A stretch of 64,000 bases of DNA from Candidatus Sungiibacteriota bacterium (GTDB taxonomy: Bacteria > Patescibacteriota > Minisyncoccia > Sungbacterales > HO2-52-23), in assembly GCA_016181585.1 (NCBI GenBank), contig JACOYX010000017.1:8317-72316 (forward strand), read 5' to 3'. Of the stretch, positions 1 through 7,653 are shown piece by piece. The number at the start of each line of letters is the position of its first letter. Positions within the stretch are counted from its first letter, which is position 1. A program made the position numbers and the translations under genes. Under the pieces are notes generated by a model. That model searched no databases and was not told where the DNA came from. It saw nothing but the letters and a program-made list of their open reading frames with translations.

Positions 1-264
1 CAAATCGCATGCGGCATAGATGTCCTGATCCTCCGCCTCGGCACGGAAAAATTTTTTACCGAGAGAAAGATTTGCTTCTATCCGATGAATATCCCCTTTG
101 AGATGATGTTTTGTCGTACGCTCCGCTTCGAGATCGAGAATCGGAAGATCGTGCATTACGACTTCCTTCAAAAGTTTTTTCAAAGGTTTCAGGATTTTTT
201 TCTCGATGTATTCTGCAAGAGCAGGAGTGATTTCTAAATTTTTTTTGCGGATGGCAACTCTCAT
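1..264 (-). CDS. hpf: ribosome hibernation promoting factor / RaiA (3' end beyond window edge)
   Basis: Not in the ORF track. Manual translation from ATG 264: MRVAIRKKNLEITPALAEYIEKKI...KHHLKGDIHRIEANLSL...FRAEAEDQDIYAACDL, typical S30AE/HPF pattern. Confidence 0.85.
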   Translation of the reverse strand, partial: MRVAIRKKNLEITPALAEYIEKKILKPLKKLLKEVVMHDLPILDLEAERTTKHHLKGDIHRIEANLSLGKKFFRAEAEDQDIYAACDL

Positions 265-457
265 GCATTATATAACTCAATTTGTTAAAATTTTGTTTCG
301 CTTTTTCCAAAAATTTTTTTGAAATAAAAAATTTTTGGAAAAAACATTTTGCTTTTCCATTATTTACGAAAGAAAAAAATTCGTCAAGTGTCCCGATAGC
401 AACTCTTCGTCAATTTTACCGATATCGGAGTAATTTTGAATAAATTTTGCAAAAAAT

Positions 458-482
458 AAAATCCCGCAAAGCGGGATACTTT
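458..482 (-). terminator. intrinsic terminator-like hairpin after murB
   Basis: atcccgc-aaa-gcgggat flanked by A/T runs. Confidence 0.6.
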
Positions 483-490
483 AATTTTTT

Positions 491-540
491 ATTTTGCCTA
501 GCCTGTCGTCAACAGACGGCTTAAGTATATTTACATTTTA
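491..540. repeat. short palindromic repeat, copy 1 (longer copy at 54393-54472)
   Basis: attttgcctagcct...cagacggcttaag(t/g)atatttacatttta shared by both copies. Confidence 0.7.
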
Positions 541-548
541 CGTTTTTT

Positions 549-1490
549 TTAGAATCCTACATACTGTATCTCTTCTTCGAGGGAAATGCCAAATTTTCTT
601 CGCACCGTGTCTTTTACCAAAGAAATCAGCATTACCACTTCTTCCGCCGTAGCCTCTCCTTCATTTACAAAATAATTGGCATGCTTCGGTGAAACATACA
701 CGCGCCCAACACGCTTACCCTTCAGCTCTGCGCGATCAATCAAAAGCGAAGCGGGAATATTTTCAGAATCACGAAAATCCGCAAGCCATGGAAACCGCTC
801 GATCAATTCAGTTTTTTGTATGCCCTTCTGCGCCCATGTAATATTTTTAAAAATACATCCGCATGATTTCGTGCCGATATCCTGCTTTGCCGCGCGCGCT
901 TCGGTGATTTCCCGAATCCTCTGTTGAATTTGCTTTTGATCTCCTTTTTTTAAAGAAAGAACTGCGGAAAGAATTATCCACTCCGGATGTTTTTTAAAAA
1001 CCGAATGCCGATATGAAAATTCGCAACGTGCCGCTTCCAACATGCGGCGTTCAGCGCTCAAAGAATCAAATATCTCCACATTCTCCACAACATCTTTCAT
1101 TGCGCCGCCAAAACACCCCGCATTGCCGCGAATGGAACCGCCTATGCTTCCCGGAACGCCGATCCCCCACTCAAAACCGGAAAGTCCGGCTTTGGCAGAA
1201 GCCACTACCGCACGCGCGGTCATTACCCCCGCGTCGGTGAAAAGTTTTTCTCCTTCGGTACGCACCTCGCCTCCACCTACATGAATCGCAACCCCAAAAA
1301 AACCTTTGTCTGCAACCAACATATTGGAACCGGCTCCGATAATTACAAACGGCAGGTGTTTTTCTTTTGCGAATACAATCGCCTCGATGATATCTTCACT
1401 TTTTTTGACATCGGCAAAGAAGCGGGCATGTCCTCCGATTTTATAAACAGTATACAAAGCAAGCGAAATATTTTCTTTGATCTTGATCAT
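549..1490 (-). CDS. murB: UDP-N-acetylenolpyruvoylglucosamine reductase
   Basis: KIGG, IGAGSNML, GVPGSIGG, GNAG, SCGCIFKN, KHANYFVN, LEEEI motifs; start set at MIKIKE. Confidence 0.95.
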   Translation of the reverse strand: MIKIKENISLALYTVYKIGGHARFFADVKKSEDIIEAIVFAKEKHLPFVIIGAGSNMLVADKGFFGVAIHVGGGEVRTEGEKLFTDAGVMTARAVVASAKAGLSGFEWGIGVPGSIGGSIRGNAGCFGGAMKDVVENVEIFDSLSAERRMLEAARCEFSYRHSVFKKHPEWIILSAVLSLKKGDQKQIQQRIREITEARAAKQDIGTKSCGCIFKNITWAQKGIQKTELIERFPWLADFRDSENIPASLLIDRAELKGKRVGRVYVSPKHANYFVNEGEATAEEVVMLISLVKDTVRRKFGISLEEEIQYVGF

Positions 1491-1594
1491 ATAAGTTTCT
1501 TTGAAAAAGCCATTAAGACCTCTTTTAGTTATAGTATTGCAACCGGTATCAAGTTGCAATATAGTTGAAAGGAAAAGTATCCGCCCGATCGGAC

Positions 1595-1685
1595 AATCAT
1601 TCGTTTCTGCGACATGAGGAGCTGGCATTCACATAAGGACAAATTGTTGGAATCTACCCTCCTCGTGTCCCAGAAGCAAGTGATA
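1595..1685 (-). ncRNA. putative structured RNA / murB leader hairpin
   Basis: UUCUGGGACACGAGGAG pairs with CUCCUCAUGUCGCAGAA; TATAAT immediately upstream (1691-1686). Confidence 0.35.
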
Positions 1686-1696
1686 TTATAACGAAC

Positions 1697-1794
1697 ACAA
1701 AATCCCGCTAAAGCGGGATTTTGTGCGGACAAATTGGAATGTTAGGAATATCCCTAAGTAAATAGGAACACACCCTAAACAGACACTCACATCT
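1697..1794 (-). ncRNA. putative ~95-nt small RNA or attenuated leader
   Basis: Promoter at 1829-1801, GU-rich hairpin, then terminator-like acaaaatcccgc/gcgggattttgt. Confidence 0.4.
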
Positions 1795-1800
1795 ATATAT

Positions 1801-1829
1801 AGTATAGATAGATAAAACCGGTAAGTCAA
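1801..1829 (-). promoter_or_regulatory. sigma70-type promoter
   Basis: TTGACT-17 nt-TATACT. Confidence 0.65.
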
Positions 1830-1849
1830 GGACGAGGTTATCCACATCC

Positions 1850-1882
1850 TCCCTACTTGGAGGTTTAACCTCCAAGTAGGGA
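1850..1882. repeat. perfect 16-bp inverted repeat (GAGGTTTAACCTC core)
   Basis: tccctacttggaggtt-t-aacctccaagtaggga. Confidence 0.75.
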
Positions 1883-1916
1883 ACATTCTCGTATTTTTTG
1901 CGTTATATATAATATC

Positions 1917-3062
1917 ATGTCAAGAGCAACCATCCTCTACTGTGTCACAAAATCGGTGTGGGGAGGCGCACAACGCTATGTCTACGACCTTGCGGCGGCA
2001 ATGCCAAAAGAGCAATTTTCAGTCATTGTCGCCGCAGGAGGGAACGGCCGCCTTTTTGATAAACTGAAAGAGAGAAATATCCGTACCATAACCATCGCGT
2101 CGCTTGAGCGTGACGTGCATTTTTTTAATGAGCTTTGCGTACTTAAAGAACTTTTTTGTTTATACAAAAAAGAAAAACCTGACATTGTCCACCTCAATAG
2201 TTCAAAAATAGGCATACTCGGCGCAATAGCCGCACGAGCGGCTTCCTTCGCGACAGGAAAAAGAATAAAAATCATTTTCACTGCCCACGGCTGGGCATTC
2301 AATGAAGATCGCAGCGCCCTGCAAAACAAATCGATCTATTGTGCCGTACGATTCGGTTCTCTTCTTCAAGACCGTGTTATTGTCATCAATTCCCGCGATC
2401 TCGAGACTGCCAAAAAATTTATTACAGAAAAAAAATTAGCACTTATCTTAAACGGCATCACTGCACCGGATTTTTTCCCGCAAACTTACGCTCGCGAATA
2501 TCTTGGAAAAAAAGCAGGCACTATTTTCAGCGAGCATACGCTGGTTATCGGCACCATCGCGGAACTTACCAAAAATAAAGGCATTACCTATCTTATCGCA
2601 GCGTCTCCCCGCTTGAATAAATCCTACTCATTCCATACTGTTATTATAGGCGATGGAGAAGACCGCGAAGCGCTCAATGCGGAAATTAAAAAACATCGTA
2701 TGGAAGACAAAATTTCTCTTGCGGGCTTTCTCGCCGGCGCCGCGCAATACATACACGGTTTTGATATTTTTGTTCTTCCCTCGTTAAAGGAAGGACTGCC
2801 CTATGTTATCTTGGAAGCGATGCATGCCGGAGTGCCAGTGGTGGCAACGGACATCGGGGGAATTTCTGACTTGATCGAACACAAAAAAACCGGCTTCCTT
2901 GTCCCCGCAAAAAGTCCTGGGCATATCGCATCCGCAGTAAGACGGCTCGCCGCGGATAAAAAACTTAGAGGAACCATCAGCACCAATGCCAAGGAAACAC
3001 TCAAGAAAAAATTCGACTTTAGTGCAATGATTAAAAAAACAATTGCAGTATACCTAAAATAA
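1917..3062 (+). CDS. GT4 family glycosyltransferase
   Basis: GGAQRY, HLNSSK, TAHGW, EGLPYVILEAM (EX7E). Confidence 0.92.
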   Translation: MSRATILYCVTKSVWGGAQRYVYDLAAAMPKEQFSVIVAAGGNGRLFDKLKERNIRTITIASLERDVHFFNELCVLKELFCLYKKEKPDIVHLNSSKIGILGAIAARAASFATGKRIKIIFTAHGWAFNEDRSALQNKSIYCAVRFGSLLQDRVIVINSRDLETAKKFITEKKLALILNGITAPDFFPQTYAREYLGKKAGTIFSEHTLVIGTIAELTKNKGITYLIAASPRLNKSYSFHTVIIGDGEDREALNAEIKKHRMEDKISLAGFLAGAAQYIHGFDIFVLPSLKEGLPYVILEAMHAGVPVVATDIGGISDLIEHKKTGFLVPAKSPGHIASAVRRLAADKKLRGTISTNAKETLKKKFDFSAMIKKTIAVYLK

Positions 3063-3094
3063 GCGGTAGAAAGTATTGTTAACAATGCAACGAT

Positions 3095-4477
3095 ATGACC
3101 AAATCCCGCCACTATATAAAACTACTCATTCTTTTTTGCGGAGACATAGCGCTTCTCTACCTCTCGCTTTTAGCGGGCCTTTTCGTCCGCTATTATCCAG
3201 AATCTGGCTGGCTTCTGGTAGATCAGCACATCATCCCCTTCAGTATTATTTTCGCTGTGTGGATAATTCTTTTCAACGCATTCGGGCTTTATGATCTGAA
3301 ATTCATGAAAAATGAAAAGATGTTTCTTTATCGGATTTTGCGGCTTATGCTCGCCAATACTATTCTTGCCATTATTCTTTTTTATTTTTTCCCCTTCACC
3401 ATAGAACCCCGCCGCAATCTTTTGATTATAGCCGTACTTACCACAGTACTCATTGCTCTATGGCGTTATCTTTTCAATTTTTTCCTCCTCAAAACACCGG
3501 CTTCGCGCATACTGTTTTTCGGTTTGAATACCGACATGAACGAACTCGCCGAATACATCCTCCAAAATCGCCAACTCGGGTTTAAACCCATCGGATTTAT
3601 TGCCGAAAACGCTTCCATTCCCATACTCTCTCCGGAATTTCTGTCCCTTCCCCTCCACACACTCGCTGAAAAAAAATTGAAAGCCATCGTACAGGAAACA
3701 CATGCGGATTCGATTATCATTTCCCGCGAAATAAAAGAAAACAAAACACTTACTAAAATTCTTTTCCAGGTTATTCCTTTGGGCGTTGGGGTTGTGGAAT
3801 TTGCCAAATTCCACGAAATGGTAACGGGGAAAATACCCCATTCTCTCATCGGGGAAATCTGGTTTTTGGAAAATCTTATCGGCATTAAAAAAGGACTTTA
3901 CGACTCCCTCAAACGCACCTGTGATATAGTCCTATCACTGGTATTCCTTTTTCCATCATTCTTTCTTTTTCCGCTCGCCGCGCTAGCGATAAAATGCGAA
4001 TCGCGGGGACCTGTGTTTTTCCGCCAAAAACGCGTCGGAAAAAACGGACAGGAATTTTGGCTGGTAAAATTCCGCTCCATGGTTGAAGATGCGGAAAAAA
4101 TGAGCGGTTTCAAAGGAGGAGGCCGTGACCCGCGACACACCCGCGTCGGCGCATTTTTGCGCAAAAGCTATCTTGATGAATTGCCGCAAATTTTCAATAT
4201 TATTCGCGGCGAGATGTCTTTCGTTGGTCCCCGCCCCGAACGCCCGGAATATGTGGCGGAGCTCAAGCAAAAAATCCCGTTTTACGAAATGAGACTTTTG
4301 GTATTACCCGGCATTACCGGCTGGGCGCAGATCAATATGGAAGACGATGCGTCCGTCGAAGACGCTCCGGAAAAAATGCAGTACGATCTTTATTACATTA
4401 AAAATCGGACATTTATTCTTGATCTTCTCATTATTATCCGCACTATTTTTGCCATTTTGGGAAGACAGGGACGTTGA
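3095..4477 (+). CDS. polyprenyl-phosphate sugar phosphotransferase (WcaJ/WbaP-like initiating enzyme)
   Basis: N-terminal TM helices; KFRSM, LDELPQ, GEMSFVGPRPE, PGITGWAQ, YDLYY. Confidence 0.93.
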   Translation: MTKSRHYIKLLILFCGDIALLYLSLLAGLFVRYYPESGWLLVDQHIIPFSIIFAVWIILFNAFGLYDLKFMKNEKMFLYRILRLMLANTILAIILFYFFPFTIEPRRNLLIIAVLTTVLIALWRYLFNFFLLKTPASRILFFGLNTDMNELAEYILQNRQLGFKPIGFIAENASIPILSPEFLSLPLHTLAEKKLKAIVQETHADSIIISREIKENKTLTKILFQVIPLGVGVVEFAKFHEMVTGKIPHSLIGEIWFLENLIGIKKGLYDSLKRTCDIVLSLVFLFPSFFLFPLAALAIKCESRGPVFFRQKRVGKNGQEFWLVKFRSMVEDAEKMSGFKGGGRDPRHTRVGAFLRKSYLDELPQIFNIIRGEMSFVGPRPERPEYVAELKQKIPFYEMRLLVLPGITGWAQINMEDDASVEDAPEKMQYDLYYIKNRTFILDLLIIIRTIFAILGRQGR

Positions 4478-4502
4478 CAGCTATGTCTAAATTTGCTATT
4501 AT
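4474..4502 (+). promoter_or_regulatory. sigma70-type promoter of small-ORF unit
   Basis: TTGACA-17-TATTAT, overlapping the upstream stop codon. Confidence 0.6.
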
Positions 4503-4542
4503 AATTTTAGGTCATTAAGGGTCCAAAAAGGAGGTATTTCGA

Positions 4543-4758
4543 ATGTGTGATTACCTATTGCCGGGAGAATCAGCTACTTACCTCGCCGAAGGGCGACAAA
4601 CTAATGATTTGATCGAAAAAATTGAAGCATTGGAGACATTTCGCTTTCACCTATTATATGAAAGCAGTAGTAATAAAGCTCCAATGAGCTGTGAATGTCC
4701 CAAGTGTAAGCCAGACCTCTATCCTTCAAACATTTGGGAATTAATGTATCCTGATTAG
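4543..4758 (+). CDS. small hypothetical protein with CxCxxC motif
   Basis: SD AGGAGGT before ATG; CECPKC. Confidence 0.6.
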   Translation: MCDYLLPGESATYLAEGRQTNDLIEKIEALETFRFHLLYESSSNKAPMSCECPKCKPDLYPSNIWELMYPD

Positions 4759-4768
4759 AGGAGGAATA

Positions 4769-5005
4769 ATGCTGACATTCTTGGAATACTGGTATTGCGC
4801 TGGATTAATCTTAGTTGTAATTGGCTGCTTAAATTGCTTATACAGGGGAAAGCCGCTATTCGTGCCGCCCAAAGGATGCGAAAGAGGATGGAAAAAATTT
4901 ATTGCAGGTGTTATAGCATTCACTATTATCCCGCTCATTGGACCAGTTTTCGTATTCGTTTTTTGTGCGGCTTGGTTAGTGAAATTTTTTTACAGGGAGG
5001 TCTAA
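4769..5005 (+). CDS. small two-TM membrane protein
   Basis: SD GAGGAGG; two hydrophobic segments. Confidence 0.65.
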   Translation: MLTFLEYWYCAGLILVVIGCLNCLYRGKPLFVPPKGCERGWKKFIAGVIAFTIIPLIGPVFVFVFCAAWLVKFFYREV

Positions 5006-5184
5006 TGGCTCACTTCAAAAACGTGCACCGGATGTGAAAAGACCATTGAGGAGTGCCCATGCGAATCGGATAATAAAATGCTTATCCTCATGGTATGCGC
5101 AAAAAAAGGACTGCATCTTAAAAAACCTCTGAAAATTATAGATTATCTTCCGCCGGAATTGGAGACGATTATATCTCCAAACTA
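5005..5184 (+). pseudogene. probable frameshifted Cys-rich miniprotein
   Basis: SD GGAGG + ATG 5005 gives only 10 aa; the adjacent frame reads TSKTCTGCEKTIEECPCES...SPN* up to a terminator-like hairpin at ~5186-5210. Confidence 0.4.
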
Positions 5185-5238
5185 AAAAGACGTACGAAAG
5201 TACGTTTTTTATAATATTCTTAAATCACAAGCGTTTGC

Positions 5239-5402
5239 GTAGGGAAACCCGCGGATTTTTCGCGGGGTTACGAAGTTGTGCAAGCATGGTTCCCGATATT
5301 CATTATTTTCTCTATAAATAAAAATCGGGATTGCACAACTTCGACCTTTTGTTTGCTCACTGGAGCAAACAAAAAAAGCGAAAAATCTGTGGGTTTCCCT
5401 AC
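5239..5402 (+). repeat. TGGT-bulge structured palindromic element, copy 1
   Basis: gtagggaaaccc...gggtttccctac outer stem; gaagttgtgcaa-GCATGGT-tcccgat...atcggga-ttgcacaacttc. Confidence 0.85.
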
Positions 5403-5416
5403 AGGAACATACTAAA

Positions 5417-6331
5417 TCAAACTATCCTCATCATCTTTTTCAACTCCCCAATCCCGTCTTCAAATTTCACATTTGGCGCCCACCCGATAAGATTTTTTGC
5501 GCGAGAGTTGTCCGCAAGCGTAGCTTTCACCTCTCCTCGTCTCACTTCGGCAAATTTCCATTCACCGCCTATTAATTGCGCCACATCAAGAACACTGTAA
5601 TTTTTCCCCGTACCTACATTAATAATTTCTCCTTTTCCGACACGCGGCGATCCCATCGCGAGAATATTGGCACGCGCGATATCGGTAACGTGCGTAAAGT
5701 CCCGGCGCTGGGTGCCATCGGGAACCACAGTCATAATATCTCCCTTTTTTCGCTGTTCCAAAAATATGCCAATCACAGTCGCATATGGCCCATCAGATGC
5801 TGTAGTCTGCCGTGGTCCGTATACATTAAAATAGCGCAAACACACCGTTTCAAGTCCATAAAATTGTGATGCCATCTCGCAATATTGTTCTCCCACTCGC
5901 TTCTGGATCGCATAGGGAATAACCGGTTCCGGCCTCATATCTTCCTTGAGTGGCATAGGATTATTGGGTCCATACGCCGACGAAGAAGCGGAATAGACAA
6001 CCCGCTTCACCCCGGTGTCACGCGCGGCAAGAAGCACATTTAGCGTGCCGGTGATATTGATATCATTCGTCAACTGCGGCTCCAGTATGGAGTATTGCAT
6101 CCGCGGCTGTGCGGCAGTATGGAAAATCCCCGCGGCCCCCTGAAAAATCGGCTTTAATTTTTCAAAATCGCGTATATCCGCTTCGTGCAATACCGCTTTG
6201 GAATTCACCCGTTCGCGCTTTCCTGTTAAGAAAATATCAACAATATGCGCCTCATCGCCGCGCTCCAAAAGTTGATCCACAATATGCGATCCGATAAATC
6301 CCGCGCCTCCGGTTACAATATATTTCGCCAT
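5417..6331 (-). CDS. NAD-dependent NDP-sugar epimerase/dehydratase (extended SDR)
   Basis: TGGAGFIGSH, YAIQK, RYFNVYGPRQ. Confidence 0.92.
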   Translation of the reverse strand: MAKYIVTGGAGFIGSHIVDQLLERGDEAHIVDIFLTGKRERVNSKAVLHEADIRDFEKLKPIFQGAAGIFHTAAQPRMQYSILEPQLTNDINITGTLNVLLAARDTGVKRVVYSASSSAYGPNNPMPLKEDMRPEPVIPYAIQKRVGEQYCEMASQFYGLETVCLRYFNVYGPRQTTASDGPYATVIGIFLEQRKKGDIMTVVPDGTQRRDFTHVTDIARANILAMGSPRVGKGEIINVGTGKNYSVLDVAQLIGGEWKFAEVRRGEVKATLADNSRAKNLIGWAPNVKFEDGIGELKKMMRIV

Positions 6332-6340
6332 TTTAATAAT

Positions 6341-6489
6341 TAGACCTACTGCGTAAAGATTTTCGTAACGAAATTTCTTAATTTAGAGACAAAATCGTTG
6401 AATAAATTTCGAGGCCTATCGGCTTAGATAAGTCAAGTTTGGCCGAAATTAAGAAATTGCAGTAGAAGTATCTTTACGCAGTAGGTCTA
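6341..6489. mobile_element. MITE-like palindromic element, family A, copy 1
   Basis: 20-bp perfect terminal IR TAGACCTACTGCGTAAAGAT; near-identical to 51263-51427. Confidence 0.8.
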
Positions 6490-7413
6490 TTATTTATTAT
6501 TTTTCTTTTTTTGAGACTCAACTTTCCTCTTAACCCATTCGTGGTCGTGTACACTCACATCCTCAAGCGTCAGCCCTTGGCTCAAAAGCAACGCCTCATT
6601 GAACGCGCGATCCTGTTTCAAAAGATTTGCCGCATCGCTCATGCAATTTATCTCAAGCGAAGCGATCAATCCGTCAAGATCTTTGGGTAAGCAAAACCCG
6701 CCGAAACCTTTGTACCCTCCATGCGCCACATCGAGATGCGAATCGCCAATGCGAAAATCCGCCGCCAGGCCGCACCGCACGTTTTCGTAATCCCCCCCGA
6801 GGCTTGCCGCAAGCATCGCCAAAGAATTTGCAAAATTTATTTTCCGCGCAAAGTGAATATTACCCCCGTATTTTATAATCTCCGCTTCCGTTGCGGTTAT
6901 TTTCAACGAGCGATAGGTGTTGAGGCCTCCTGGCGACATAAAAGGCGCGCGCGGAAGCAGAGAGAGAGCGAGATAAGCCGCATCAATGCTTTGATTGGTA
7001 AACCCAACGATCTGGCGATCGGGACGGATAAAATCCTCCCATGCACGCCGCTCCGTTAAAAATTCAGGATTGAAGAGAAACTTGTGATGCGGATATTCCT
7101 CCTGAAATTTTTCAGTAGTTCCCGGCGGAACAGTGGATTTTATCACGATAATTTTCTCTCCCTTAATTTTTGAGATCGCGTTCTTTACAAAATTAATATT
7201 AGCCGAACCGTCTTCCGAACGAGGTGTCGGCACTGAAATAAAAACAATATCAGCATTGCTCACACGGTCGTTAAAGCCTTTTTTAGGGTCAATGTCATAC
7301 AAAAAAAGATCCTTGCCGCGCTTGTACTCCTGATACTCTTCAAAATACCGCGCAAGCGGACCTCCCACCATGCCAATCCCCACAATGCCGATTTTAATCT
7401 TTTTATTTTTCAT
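6490..7413 (-). CDS. UDP-glucose/GDP-mannose dehydrogenase family (short, lacks C-terminal domain)
   Basis: GIGMVG, VPTP, KSTVPPGT, NPEFL, GFGGFCLPKD. Confidence 0.9.
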   Translation of the reverse strand: MKNKKIKIGIVGIGMVGGPLARYFEEYQEYKRGKDLFLYDIDPKKGFNDRVSNADIVFISVPTPRSEDGSANINFVKNAISKIKGEKIIVIKSTVPPGTTEKFQEEYPHHKFLFNPEFLTERRAWEDFIRPDRQIVGFTNQSIDAAYLALSLLPRAPFMSPGGLNTYRSLKITATEAEIIKYGGNIHFARKINFANSLAMLAASLGGDYENVRCGLAADFRIGDSHLDVAHGGYKGFGGFCLPKDLDGLIASLEINCMSDAANLLKQDRAFNEALLLSQGLTLEDVSVHDHEWVKRKVESQKKKNNK

Positions 7414-7498
7414 ACGTTAAATCTTACAGACAAACATAGAACGCCCTGTCTTCGATCGAGGTTACCAACAGTAACAACAGAGTTTTGCATCGAAGCGA

Positions 7499-7646
7499 GG
7501 CGTTATACTTTCGAGACAATTTGGAAAAGCGGCAGCTTGGTTCCCGCTATTCTTATAATTCTTTATAAATAATAGCGGGACGCCGCTTTGATAGTTAGCG
7601 AGGCCGCCGCGGGAAGCGGCCGAGCGTGTCGAGAAAGCATAATGCT
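7499..7646 (+). repeat. TGGT-bulge structured palindromic element, copy 2
   Basis: aaagcggc-aGCTTGGT-tcccgctatt...aatagcggga-cgccgcttt inside gcgttat/ataatgc outer stem. Confidence 0.7.
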
Positions 7647-7653
7647 GAGCGAA

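Noticed and set aside
56-310. 84-aa ORF from the track
   Set aside because: Wrong frame; the overlapping frame from ATG 264 gives a recognisable HPF/RaiA protein.
1838-1846. Perfect DnaA box TTATCCACA suggesting oriC
   Set aside because: Single box, no cluster and no dnaA/dnaN nearby.
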